DNA of 61,712 bases, the filler included, from Vannella sp. (lineage: Eukaryota): the NCBI GenBank assembly GCA_023345925.1. It is 4 parts of 4 records of this genome, joined end to end, with 100 filler letters (N's around TTAATTAATTAA, not from the genome) between each part and the next. Parts side by side here need not be neighbours in the genome. Positions count along the whole stretch, not along the records: positions 1 to 24,265 come from JAJQQN010000462.1; 3 more parts are not named here. The stretch is one strand, 5' to 3'. Made by a program: the position numbers and the translations under genes. A model generated the notes under the pieces. That model had not been told where the DNA came from, ran no database searches, and worked only from the letters and a program-made list of their open reading frames with translations. Shown piece after piece: positions 1-12,899 of the stretch. Numbering within the stretch: the stretch's first letter is position 1; each line of letters begins with the position of its first letter.

Positions 1-1
1 G

Positions 2-3000
2 GTAATCGAAGATAAGTCTTCTCGATGGAAGGAGGTGACCTACGAGGTGTTCAAGTTCCAAATCTGGCCTCACATTCAACCCAAAGAGAAAGGGTCCGAA
101 TTCTACTCTTGCGCTCTCGTTTGGAAAGAGATTTACTCATACATCAAGGGCTCAGTGGCTGTTCTGCGCTCACACAATATCGACTCTGGATACTTGTGTT
201 TGAAGGACTACTTGGAAGTGGGCAACAAGCTGGCTCCAAACTTTAATGGAAAACGTGAATTCGTGTACGAACTCTTCATGAGGTACTTAAAATTTACCAA
301 ATCAAGCCGCTATGAGACAAAGCTATTTGATTGGAGCGACGTCATCTTGCACAATATCCGCCAGCTCCTCAAAGAGCCCTACTCCGGCATTCCTATCCAC
401 TACATCACTTATGATGAGGTCCAAGATGCCACTCAGATTGAACTGTACTTGTACTTCCTTCTCATTGCCAGTTCCAACCAATTCTTCTTCACTGGAGACA
501 CCTGCCAGACAATCGTTCGAGGTGTTGGATTCCGATTCGAGGACTTGAAGAGCATCTTCCACTTTCACAGAGAGGACCAAAAGCGGGCTGGTCTGTTTGA
601 TGAACGAATACTGACGAAGGTACCCATTGTCAAGCAACTTGGCTGTAACTATCGCTCTCATAGAGGAATCACAGCACTTGCAGGGGGGGTTGTTGAGCTT
701 CTGAAATTCTTCTTCCCCGAGAGTTATGATGACATGAAGGCCGACGAGGGAGTGTATCCTGGACCACTTCCTCTGGCGTTCCTATCGGATGGAAAGGCGG
801 ACTACTATCCTCTGTTCAATGGATTCTCCATGGAAAGCGATCAGCCAATCGAGTTTGGAGCACATCAAGTGGTCATTGTTCGCGATCAAAAGGCCAAAGA
901 AACTTTGCCTGATGAACTCAAAGGTAACATTTGCATGACCGTATTTGAGTCGAAAGGGCTGGAATTCAACGACGTCCTTTTGTACAACTTCTTCTCTGAT
1001 TCCCCTTGTGTCAAAGAGTGGAAATTGGTGAATTCCTATGCTGATGAGTGCGGTCCTGATTCATTGAAGGGCCAAGAACAGAGAGAGTCTCGCCCTCAAT
1101 TGGCTCCTTCAGATACATTTAGGAGTCTTTGTGACGAGCTGAAGCATCTTTACGTCGCCGTGACCCGCGCAAGGGAGAATGTGTGGATAGTGGATAGCAA
1201 AAAATCGGGGGCAATGGATCCTATTCTTCGATTCTTTTCTCGTCGCCAATTGGTGAACCAGCTTGAGGCAGACCAAGTCGAGAATTATTTACTCCGCCTT
1301 CTAGCCGACACAGAAAGTGACGACAACGACACTGCTTCTGTTCGTGGGCTGGCAAAAGCAAGCTCAGCTGAGTCATGGGATAAAAGAGGAAGAGATCTTA
1401 AGGCGAAGCAGCTTTGGCAACATGCAGCACTTTGCTTCAGTAAATCTGGTAACGACAAGGAGTGTCAATACGCCTCTGCAATGTTTGCTCTATGCGAAGC
1501 AGACAAATTGCGGAATGGCAAGTCTAAAGATAGCTCTCGTGCACTTTATCAGGAAGCCGCGTGGCGGTTCCTTGAGTGTAAGGAATACGAGCATGCGACA
1601 ACCTCTTTGTTTTATTGCGGAGAACCACAAGCTGCTGCAGAGTGCGCTGAAATCAATGGAGGCTATCTCTTAGCGGCTCAGCTTTACGGTAGCACTCGCA
1701 ACTGGGAAAAGGCAGCAGTTTGCTACACTCGCGATGGCAATCCAGGAGCTGCAGTTCGCTTATTCAAGAAACACAAGCTTTATCCAGAACTGGCTGAATA
1801 CTGTTCGTGTCTGATTGAGGCTAATCCGCAGCTCCCTTTCTCTCAGATGGTTGAACTCCTTCACTTGAACGAACCCACATTCTTGATTGGTAAACTGTTA
1901 GTGTTCACAAAGGATACCCAACTAGCTGAGCGCCTCGTCTCCACCATGTCTGAAGAGATGATCAAGGAGATGGTCAGGAAGAACGCATCCCATATCTCCA
2001 AAAATGCAAGCTACTTTGTTCCTTTGCTGGCTTCCGCACCAGGTGACTTTAAGCACGAACTCCTTTCCACTCACATGATGTCGGGAAACATGTCTGCTAC
2101 TCTTCAATTGGCGCAAAAAATGTCAATCGGGATGTTGGCCAAGGTAGTCCGGAAAATTTTCGCGGATGAAAGTTTGAAGTCTTTCAAGGAAGTGTCTCGC
2201 TTTGTTGAAGAGGTCGTTGATCATTTTCCATCGCCTTGGCCCCATCTACTCGCAGCAGTAAAATGGTTGAAGATGAATGAGCCTGAGTCATTATTCCTGG
2301 AGCGGTACATGAATATTCTCCTCAACAACCGAGAAAAGATCCTTTTGCAGTGTGAGCCATGCACAGTGTTTGACATCATTCAACTACTTCCGGCTCCAGA
2401 TAATACAAAATGCCAGATAGAGCAAGCAACTTTGGCTGAATTGATCTCTGGGAGTTATATTCCATGCCTTTTCAGTCTCATCAGCGGCCAAAGTCTTCGT
2501 CCGAGCTACTCAAAGCTTCGTACTAAGTTAGAAGCGTACTGGATGGCCACACCCAAACCTGCTGGCGGATCTTACTCGATTCCGATCTTGTCTCCATTGA
2601 AAGTCAAAGCGACCATCATTGGCTTTGAAACCACTGCAAAGTTTTCGGTTGTCTGGCATTTCTGGCTTTCCAGCCTAATTAAGCTAGTTCGCCAGATAAC
2701 GACTCGCTTGAGTGGAGAGTTTTATTTGCACAAAGCTCTTATCGATGAAATCTTCAAGCCATCTAGTTTCTCTCTCTTACAATGCGTGGGGAGATTATCA
2801 GAGACTTTTAGCGAGATGGAGCATTTCTATTCTGCCCATAGTGCCAATCTGTCCTTGAATACAGCTCTCAAGAACTTTATGAATGATTCTCCGCGTGACC
2901 TCCCATTTGTTCGAGAAGCCCAAGACACTCTCTTCAAGGCTATGAATCCTCAGTCTCATTACTGTTATTGGAGCAAATTACAGCTGAAATGGCGCATTCA

Positions 3001-4340
3001 GAGATTCCGCCCAACACTTTTGCAGAATGCTGCAAGTTGGTCATCACGAGAAATGGGAGTTCGAGTCTTCAACCAGTTCATTCTCTGTTACCCAGAAAAT
3101 CCAGCCTCAGAAATAACTCTTTTGAAGAATGCATCTCCTGGTGATCCCAAGGTGGAGAGGCTTCCCCTTCTTTTGAGGGCAATGAGGCAACTCATGAGAC
3201 GCAAATATGAGGACTTTTTCTCTCTATGCCAGCAAGCTTTGAAGAAAAACTTCGACCACGAGATCAAGAAAAGTTACCTTGGGCAAGAGCGAACACTTAC
3301 GATCGTGGAGGTGTGTATCGTCCAGTTTCTTCTGCTCTGTGACCGATCAGAGTTGATGATGAGTGAGCTTATTTTTGCCCGCTACTTTGATCACGCCCCC
3401 ATTGTCAAGCCACCTGCACAGAGTGTGAGCAATGACACTTACAGAGAGTGCCTCAGAAGTTTGCTGGATATTCTGAGCAAGTATTGGCAATATTTCACTG
3501 ATGCTGAGGGCCAAGGTCGATTCGCACTTCTTTTAGTCCTCTTTGCCAACAATGTGAGGAGAGATGTTATGTGGGAGAGTATTTATTCTCTGCCCTTCGA
3601 TGATCGCTTCGGTCTCAAGGACAGCATCAAAGCTGCATTGAAACCTGTTTTCCAGAACCCATTATCTGGATGGAAGTATGCAGTACAAGAAGCTTACTTT
3701 GGAGAACAAGGCTCTAACTTAGGCAAGGTGGTGTGGAATAGCGAGGCAGGCCGTTGGCTCTTTACCTTTTCTGGAGGAACGGCCCTCTCTTTAGATGCTC
3801 GGCCATTCTTTCCTACTGAAACTCTTCAGAAGCGATTGAAGAATTGCGAGATCATCCGCAACGCCTGGAGGGTCCACAGGGAGAACAAGAGGCTGCAAGA
3901 TTTAGAAGTGGAGTTCAACTGGAATGACAAAGATTGCCCTGCATGCCAGGAAGCTTTTGTGGAAGGGGGGCACTCCCGTTGCCAACGCTCTTACCAACCA
4001 CGGGATGAAGTGCGAGCTAATTACCACATTTACCTTGTTCCACTAACCAGAAAGTTGGCTGCACTCGGGATCGACCCACTTGAACAAGAGGAGATCCAAG
4101 ACCAGGTTCGTACTCACTCCTCCTGACCCTGACCTCACACTAACCCACCTTTAGCTGAACACTTTCATGACCCAAGCGGATCCCAACGAGTTCAACCCCT
4201 CCCACTTGGACCAGCTCCGAAGCATTTATCAGCAAATGAGCCAAGATATCAAAGCCACCGAAAACTCGATCCGATCTTCCCAGAATGACGACAACGTTGA
4301 CGAGGCCAGCTTTACCCAACCTTCCCGGCGCCCTCGTTAA
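2..4340 (+). CDS. TRANK1: TRANK1/LBA1-like UvrD (SF1) helicase with TPR-like region, 5'-truncated
   Basis: Frame is open from base 2. SF1/TRANK1 motifs: YDEVQD, FTGDTCQTIVRGVGFRFEDL, NYRSH, FGAHQVVIVRD, ESKGLEFNDVLLYNFFSDS, ELKHLYVAVTRAR, then TPR-like helices. An inferred 49-nt intron at 4106-4154 (GTTCGT..CTAAC..TTAG) extends the CDS to TAA at 4338-4340. Confidence 0.85.
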
Positions 4341-4455
4341 CGCACGGAAGGCTTGCCAATGCTTCCTCTTTCTCTTTCCCTTTCCCTTTTCCCTTCCTTC
4401 TTCCTTCTCAATACATCGCTTGTCCAGGCGGCTGTCCCATTTACAAGTGGCTGGG

Positions 4456-6403
4456 ATGAGGAGGGAGCTGCTCGTGGTTCTGGTGTTGGCTTGTGCGTTT
4501 AGCACGATGTCTTGGGTGTATTACACGTGGGATCTGGGGTCAGGCATGCAATGGATCGTTGGTGAACCCAGAGTGGCGGCCAGGCTGCCTCTGACCTTGC
4601 CTCCCCGTCAGCGGCGATCTGTTCCCCCAGAGTCCCACACTGCGACGGCCTCTCCCCAGCAAAGTGGTCCTAAGCCTTCCCCACAGATCATAGAAGGAGG
4701 TGTAGACCTACGCGGGGCCTCCTGCGAGCGCTTTCAGGACGTCTTCTTCCAATGCACTACTTTCGATGGAACTCTTTGCCATCGCTCCGTTACCCCTGCT
4801 GTCCTTGATCGTGCACTCTTCGCCACTTGGTGTGAGCCCTCTCATGTCTACTGCATCGCTACGTGCATCAAAGAAGAGCCCTGGGTCGTCTACGAAGCGA
4901 AACCTTGCGACGAGGGAGTGATCTGCCCCCCGCACGGCCTCGTTCATTGGAGTACGTTCTACCATAGTCCTGAATTCTCGTGGGAGACAACAGGCGCCAT
5001 CCTAGCAGGCACTATGAAGCCACGAAGGCTTGACATGGAGCCCTTCCCGTACCAACCCAACCCTCCTCTTCCAAGAGAGACCCTCACTTACCGCTCCTCA
5101 GCTCCACCGACAACGGTTGAGCGAGCTTACATGAAAAGGGAACAAGCAGGGTACAGCTCAGAGACTCTGGAGAAGCTGAAACGGTTCGGATATGACTTGA
5201 GAGGTCTCAGCTGCGAGCTGCGCAAAGGGAAAGAGCAGTGCTTTGGTTTCACTCATGACAGGAGGTATGACTCCATGCAGAACTGCGCTCTTCACTGGCT
5301 TACCGTACGGAATCAGGGATTTATGCCCTTCCTGGGTCACTTCCAGCTTTATTGCTCTCGGGAAGAACCGGGATGGCTCTCTGGTAGAAGGGGGGCACTG
5401 CGATCCGTCTGACACAGATTGGTTCTGCTTGATGTGGTGCCAGGAAGGAACTGACGCAGTCAGTTGGAAAGCTTATAGTCACGAGGCCTCGACCATCGCT
5501 CCTCCACTTTCCCCAATCCCTTTTGACCAATTCTTTGTGAGAGAGTGGAGTGAGGTGCCTCGTGCCCTAAAGAGATGCGAAAAGCTGTCGGACTGGGAAG
5601 TGGAGGACCTGAAGAGCAAACTACCTCCCATCACTATCGGTATCCTCACCCGTGGGCATGAATTTGCCTCCCTTCGTATCTCAATGGCTACGTGGATGGA
5701 ATCCGGGCTTCTGCAATCTGTAGATGAAGTCCTCATTATGATTAACGACGCTTTGGAAGATAACTTTCGCGAGTTGGATGGGCTTACGAAGCCTCCTCTC
5801 AATATGCGTATTCTTTCTAGTCCACACAACGAAGGTATCAGTCGAGGGATCCATTGGCTGATGGGGAACGCCAGTAACGACCATTTTCTTTTCTTGGAGA
5901 AAGACTTCCGCTTGGTGGAAGACATTGGATGTGCTTTGGAACAACTGAAAGCGGGTGTGGCGTTAGTCTCTTCTGATAGAGCGGACATTGTTCGGTACAG
6001 GAGCCGATACAATGCAGGGAAACCAGATTATCTGGAACGAGCTTGGATGGGAATGGAGAACCAAACGTGGAGGCTCTCCAAAGACCCTCACTGCAACTTC
6101 TACCATTGGGTAGAGAGACCAGCTATCAAGTGGCCCAACGTCTTCCAAGTATGCATGGAAGAACCGATCTTTTACTGCGTCGTGTCTGAAATGTGCGCGT
6201 GGACCAACAACCCGTTCCTTCTGAGTGTGAAATGGTACACAGAGAACTTCCTCGACAAGCATCCGGACATTGCCAATGCCGATTCCTCCTTCAACATCGA
6301 GAATTATCTTCGCGGGGAACGCTGGCTCGAGCCCCAATGGGTCATTGCCATCGGGGATGGTCTATTCCGGCACTGTGATGTGAACAAGTTCGGGTTCTCA
6401 TAA
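4456..6403 (+). CDS. Type II membrane protein with two Cys-rich repeats and a C-terminal GT-A-like glycosyltransferase domain
   Basis: N-terminal TM (MRRELLVVLVLACAF). Repeated DLRGxSCE Cys-rich modules. C-terminal ITIGILT..NEGISRGI..FLFLEKDF..WTNNP. The two overlapping ORFs join in frame through an inferred intron at 5305-5365. Confidence 0.6.
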
Positions 6404-6481
6404 ACCCTACAGAAGGCGGCAACAGGTGGCTGAAAGACCGGGTTTTTGGTCATTATTTAGCGGGCTCGGGCGGGAGGCGGG

Positions 6482-7280
6482 ATGTCGACCACGGCGATGA
6501 ATGTTCACCGGTTTGGGAAGGTCGTGACCTCGCCAGATATACTGGGTATTGCAGAAGTAGACGAAGTGCCGGTGCCTGACGAGTTGGCGGAGAAGTTGGA
6601 AGGCGCCATCCGTGATGGCGATCCGCAGCAGTTGGCGGTGTTGTTAGGGCAAGTGCCTGAAGGGGCTCGCGTCAGTCAATCACCAACGAAGAAAGGAGAG
6701 TCTCTGCTTCATTTGGCAGCAGAGTGGGGCTACGCCAAGTGCTGTAAGGCGCTGCTTGAAGAGGGGAAGATTCCCGTCGATTTGCCTCTTCGTGACAAGA
6801 CACAGGCCATCCACCATGCAGCCTCCTATGCTCACGAAGCTGCTATCTCTTACTTGGTGGAGTCTGGGGCTGACGTGGAGGCCAAGAACGTCCATGGCGA
6901 AACGCCCCTCCATCTCTGCTCCAAGGCAAAGGAACAGAGCCGTGGAGAGCTCTACAGCACTTGTATCGCACGCCTTATTGAACTCAAAGCCAACATGGAG
7001 TCAAAGGACAACCAAGAGCTAACGCCACTGCTGAAGGCTGCTCAAGCAGGCCAACTCAATGTCGTCAAAACGCTTCTTCGCTTGAAAGCGTACGCTTTGT
7101 CCCTCTGACAGCTCTGAAAGACATACTAACACCACTATCAGAGACCCTCTTGCTCAAGATATGTTCGGCCATAACGCCGGACAACTTGCGGACGAGAACG
7201 GACACACGGCAGTGGTGGAGTTCTTCAAGAAAGGCGCCAAAAAGCACGGGAAGGATGATGGCAAGTGTCTCATCTCTTAA
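6482..7280 (+). CDS. Ankyrin-repeat protein with C-terminal CaaX (CLIS)
   Basis: Ankyrin motifs GESLLHLAA, GETPLHL, LTPLLKAA. Intron 7090-7141 has a TACTAAC branch point. The last exon reads DPLAQDMFGHNAGQLADENGH..KCLIS*. Confidence 0.85.
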
Positions 7281-7318
7281 GTAGAAGAGACTACACCTTT
7301 ATTACCTCAGAATGAGCC

Positions 7319-9937
7319 TCAGAAGGTCTTGGGGTTGAAGGCAGGAGCAGGCAAGTCCTTCAACATCTGAGCGCGAGGCCGCTGCACCACCACCAGCTCG
7401 CTGCCTGCTACAAAGCGAGCAAAGAGAATAGGAGCGTATTGAGTGATCAAGTGGAAGTTGCGGGGCTGGTTCTTGTGCGAGTGAGTGGCGCCGTCCCGCT
7501 TGCGTTTTGTGGCGGCGGCCAGATCTCGGAACGCCTCGCTTGTGACCGGCTTGGAAAGGTCAATCTTAATCATTATCGCATGGAACATGAGAAAGAGGAC
7601 TTTGGGGCGGGTGGGATTGAAGGAGATCGAGTGAATGACTCCTTTCTGTTGCAAAAAGAATTCCGGCAACGCATCCGAATACTGTTTGGACCATTTGGTC
7701 AAGTCTCCGGCCTCCACATCGTACTGGTAGATGCTACTTCTCATGAGATTCGTTCTTGATCTTCTAGAAAGTACTCACAAAGAGTTGGAGCAAGCAACAG
7801 TCAACACTGGCTCGACAGGACTGAACGCCAGCGCCGTCACCGGGTATCCGAACCGGGGGAGCGTTGCATAGTGCTGGAACCCAATCAGGAACACTTCAGA
7901 ACATAGCCAAGAGCCCGTACCTTCATCACATCCAAGTTAAAGACGTGAATGTTGTTGTTCGTGTCACTGGAAGCCAGCCATTGGCCATCGTCACTCACCT
8001 GGAGCGCGTGAATCGCTCCTGGAAGCTCTGTAGAAAGTCGAGCTGTTAGTTGCAGCTCACAGGAAGGAGGAGGAGGGCTCCTACTGCTCTGGTGCGTGGC
8101 AAACTCGGTAAACTCTTTGGTGGCGAGGTCGACCACGGTGATGGTCCCTGTTGTGTCCGCTGTGATGAGCTGTGAAGCTGTCAACGCAAGTCGAATGATC
8201 CCTCTGGTGTTAATCGGAGGCAGAATGACTCTCCGCAGGTTCACGCGGTCCGCAGAGAAGCTCAACGTGAAGACGAGAAGAGATTTGGAGTCTGAAGCGG
8301 CAATGTAGCCTCCTTGAGGGCAGATAGCGCTGCAGAGGATAGGCAAGGAGGTCTTGAGATCAACGTGCAAGAGATGGCGCATTCCCTCCGCTAAAGGGAG
8401 CTCTTTGAAGCTTCCTTCGACGATCTGAGCCGTCTTTGGGTCCTGTGCTGCTCCCCCAGCGCTGGTGAGTGATCACAGTCCTTTGACGGCATTTTGAATG
8501 ACATACTATGACCCAGATGCCACAGATCAAGAGCGGTATCGACGTGGGAGAGCAAATAGTGCTCGGAATGGCGCGAGAAGGTAGAGAAGACGGGGAAGTG
8601 TGGAAAAGGGTCGAACCGTTGTGTTGGAGTGTCATAACGCTCCACTTCACCAAAGGAAGTCATCTGCTGACGGATCAACAAGGTATCGAGCCCACCAGAG
8701 ACTACCCAGCCTTTCGGCGAGACTGTAACAGCGAAGATGTCGTGTGTGTGATGTCTGCAGCCCGTTTCTGTTACCCAGTAGCTTCCTGTGTCCTTCAGCT
8801 TTACCAAGCGACTGTTGATACCTCCCACAATGAGAGTATTCTCCTTCTGCTCTTCATTGTCAGATCCCAGCCAAGCAGCAGCTAAGCAAAGGCCATTACC
8901 TTGTTACGAGTGATGCAAGTCACGTCTTGTACATGCGTACGAAGCGACTGCACCTGCACACCGACATTAGAGTCCCAAAACTCGGTGTCCCCGAGCGAAT
9001 TGCCGCTGACGATCGTGTCGTTGCTGGGAGAGGTGAGTAAACCAGTATAAAAGGAGGAGGAGAAGTGCCTACGCAAGGAAGAGAACGCTCCAGATACGTG
9101 TGGGACTGTCAGGCAGCGTTTCAGTGGTCATTCGGAACTTCTGCTTGCAGCTGTCGCCCTGCAGGATGCGGATCTGTCCTTCCGCATCACCGGCACAGAG
9201 GAGCTTTCCTTTTGGGTGCCAGGCTACACAGAGGACACGCGCTGGGTCTCACTGATCAGAGAAAAGGGGAAAAGAAGGCGATCAGACACTCGTACCTGGT
9301 TGGCGCAGTGAAGTGCTCATCAGATCACACACCCCTGACTCTGTTATCCGATAGACTCGGACGCGGCCGTCCTCACAGCCCACAGCCAAACGGTAGTGCC
9401 AATTGGTCTCTTTCCGCTCCCCTTCGACGCTGGAAGAGACAAGGACGCCGTCCATCTGCCACACTCCACCTGCTCCAACGATAGTTCGTTCCTGATTCCC
9501 ACAGATGAGACCAGAGCCAGCTGGAGAGGAGAAGGAGAAGGACGAACTTTGGGAACGAGCAAAGAAAGGTCCCATTCGATGATCTCGCCTCCTAAACCAG
9601 CAGAGAAGAGCCTCTCGTGAGCATCAGCACCTTGAGATGTATCTATGCCACGTTCTTCGTCAAAGCGAGGCACCCAGACCAAAGAGCGCGCTGCCGAATC
9701 TGGTCCTTCGCCAGGAATCGTCTGATCAGCCTCGTTAGCTCTCACAGCGACACAGGAAACAGATATAGTAGCACATACCAACATGTTAAACCACTGGTAC
9801 TCCACATTCCACACCTCCACGACACCGCTTTCCCTCGCCACAGCCAAAAGCTTCCCTGACCGAGAGAAAGCGACCGCAGTGATCGCATGAGCGTTCCACT
9901 CCACAAAGCGACACTTGTGCACTTGAAAACGTCCCAT
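7319..9937 (-). CDS. UTP4: U3 snoRNA-associated protein 4 (Cirhin), WD40, multi-exon
   Basis: N-terminus MGRFQVHKCRFVEW..AITAVAFS..LAVARESGVVEVWN and C-terminus YAPILFARF..ELVVVQRP..LPAP match the UTP4 pattern. WD40 fragments are spread over several short ORFs separated by introns. Confidence 0.88.
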
Positions 9938-10096
9938 TCTCCGCTTCTTCTACCTTCTTCTAAACCGAGCCGCGCGCGATCGGGACCGGACCACGAAAGA
10001 ATGATCTCTTGGACCCTCCCTTTGTGCTACTACTTGCAGATAGAGTACAACTGGCGTGGAAGGGGGGCGATCAGGTCATTGGCTGAAGAGGGGGCG

Positions 10097-12851
10097 ATGG
10101 AGGCGGTTTGGGGCGGCGTCGCGGACTTTCTTGGTGTTAAGGCGACGTTGGAGGGTTTGTAGAGTTTGGGAAGGTGGTGATGGTGTGGTTGATGGTGTGG
10201 CTGGTGTAGTGAGGCAGCTGCCGACTGTGGAGGAGGAGGAAGGGGCGAAAGTCCAACGGTTGCAACTTCAACAGGAGATTCGAGCTGCTGCGGGGAGGAT
10301 GGACGCAGCTGGAAACCTGATGGAGCTTGAAGGAGCTTCAGTGAATCTCTGTCAAGTACTGGAAGACATCTTGCTCCACGGACTGGCCAGTAAGAGGGAA
10401 TCTCCTCCCCTGGAGCTCCCAAAAGGGGGTTAACTCACCTTCTTGGGCTCTACTAGAGCTTGGAAGATCACCAAAGCTTACTACGAGTGTGTGGGAGTTC
10501 GTTTCAGCAGCTATCGGGTTCAGAGGAAGCAGTGTTCAACGAGCGTTCCTCCGAAAAGCGGATTATCTGGAGAATGTACACACTTCTGATGGGAAAGGAC
10601 GTGCCTGGCTTCGCATACTCTATAGCAGAAACCAATTGCATGCAAACTGGACCGTTTTAACGTCATGGAGGGATCTGGGAAGGTAAGGAGAGAATGTCGA
10701 TGTTCATTCAAGCTAATGAAAGCAGCTGGTACACCTCTACAGCTTATTTAATGGATGAGACGATGATAGAAGAGGTACTCAACTTACTGAAGATAGTGGA
10801 TCTCTTACCAGCAGCTCAATTGAACGCTGATGATGGTGACTTGGACTGCGTGCGAGAGCCCCTGCCAGAGTAAGTGGTCCATTCTCTCCCCCAATGTAGA
10901 GATTGACATTGCCAGGCTGGAAAAAGACATTGTAGAAGAGCCACCAGTGAAAATGAAACGACGAAAACGCAAAAAAGGACAAACAAACGCTCCTGTCCTC
11001 GTGGAAATCCCTTTCTACGAACCCATAGAGTCTTCTCCACAATTTAGAGCCAGCTTAGAAGATGCTACAGTCGATTCAATGATAGACGAGGAAGAGAAAG
11101 AGGGAGAAGAGGAGAATCCTCAGCATTCTTGCCTTCCAGGGAGGGAAGAGCTTTTTGTCCATTCAATCAAGATAGACGAGCAAATGGAACCGAGAGAAGA
11201 GGAGGAGAACCATCAGCAAACCAGCCTTCTAGAGAAGGAAGAGTATTCAGTCACAGAGGAGAACAAGGAAGAGGAGAACAAGAAGGAGGAGAAGAAGAAG
11301 GAGGAAGAGGAGAAGAAGAAGGAGGAAGAGGAGAAGGAGGAAGGAACTCTTGAGTACTTTAAGGTTCTCGAGAAGAAAGAGAATGAAAAGGCACCCGAGT
11401 ATTTAGAGAATGGCCAAGAGGAACAAGTCTCCAAGACCTTTCAAACGGTTGGAAATTCAAATTCCTCCGAGTTAAATCTGCCTCTCTGTACTGAGGAGAT
11501 GAGATCAGTATTACTGTTAGGAACGGAAAAACCAGAGTTCAACGCAGATTCGGAATCAGACGAGTCCAGTGATGAGCTCTCTCGGGCTCTGGATTCGGCT
11601 TTTTCACATTTTGCGGAATCTCCGTCGGTTGAAGTATCTCCGGCTTTTCTTGGTGTCCACCAAGGTCCTTTAGAGTCCTCAGACTCTACTGGTGAAAGGA
11701 TGGAAGAGGAATTACTCATCGAAGAGGTTTTGCGAACACTTCAAGAGACCTCTTTTGTCGAAGAAATTCATTTAGGAACATCACTACCCCAAGAAAGAAG
11801 GAAAATCGATTGGAACGGACTCATTCGAGTACCTGCAGATCGAAGAGACTACTTTGCGTTAAGTGTGAATGACGATAAGACCCCCTTAGCCCTTCCTATG
11901 TTCCATGAAACTATCCAAGTGGCTCCTACATCCTCTCTAGAAGTGATCTCAACAGAGGATTTGAACCGCCTTCAAGAAACGCTCCGATTCACCCAATCCT
12001 CCTCTCACATCAAGAATGCTGCTTTCATTCGATTAGAGGATGGCGAAGTGGTCCTCGCTCTTCACGGGATTTCCCGCCCTCGTGATTATCTTAGCCTTCG
12101 AGTGCCTCTGCAGCGAACATTAGAGGACCAGAAGTCTCTTTGTGAAGGATGCCAAGAGCCGTTGGGGCCCACTCCCCGTTACTGTGACATGACAGGGAGC
12201 TACTTCTGTACACTTTGTCATCAGGGAGATTCTTTTTATGTCCCTCATCGTATCTTACATCATTGGGACTTTGGCCAGTACCCGCTAAGTGACAGAGCCT
12301 GCCAACTGATACGAGCAAGTCAGTCTCTTCCATTATTCGACATCGCTTCTCTTGTTCCTGAGCTCTACCAAAAGAGCAGTGATCTACGAAAGATCAAAAC
12401 TCTAAGGCAGCAGCTGTGCTACATGCGAGAGTATGTGGCCACATGTACAAAGCACTCTTTTTCCCTCTCCATGATCGCCAGTGGCCGGCAACATCTCCTT
12501 CTCGACCGTCACGTCAGTACTATGTGGTCTCGGTTGTGTCATTAGCTCACAAACGCACAGATTTACTCTCTACGGAACCTGGTGGAGGTAGCAGATGGGA
12601 AAGTGTCTTCTTTCCTTCAAGAAGTGGCCGCGAATCTGGTCGGGCACATCAAACAATGCCCATTGTGCCTGGCAAAGGGTTTCATTTGCGAGTTCTGCAA
12701 CGATGCAAAGCCGATTTACCCTTTTCAACTGAAGGAAGTGTGCCAATGCAAAGGCTGCTCTTCTTTCTTCCACAGAAAGTGCTTTCGGAGGGAAGATTGT
12801 CCCAAATGTCAGCGCATCCGTTCTCGCTCTCGTGCGCGACAATGGACGTAG
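10097..12851 (+). CDS. RUN domain + Rubicon-homology zinc-binding domain protein (PLEKHM1/Rubicon/DEF8 family), multi-exon
   Basis: RUN motifs LCQVLEDILLHGL and GKGRAWLRIL, then an E/K-rich linker. RH domain: CEGC..RYCDMTGSYFCTLCH..PHRILHHWDF and HIKQCPLCLAKGFICEFC..IYPF..CKGCSSFFHRKCF. Confidence 0.85.
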
Positions 12852-12899
12852 TTAAAGGCTTTTTGTACGCTTCTTCGAGACAAAAGAGCATTCTTTGGG

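Noticed and set aside
5243..5412. Possible programmed frameshift between overlapping ORFs
   Set aside because: A 61-nt GT..AG intron (5305-5365) joins the frames simply.
11260..11345. GAG/AAG-rich low-complexity tract
   Set aside because: Encodes the E/K-rich linker of the RUN protein; not a separate element.
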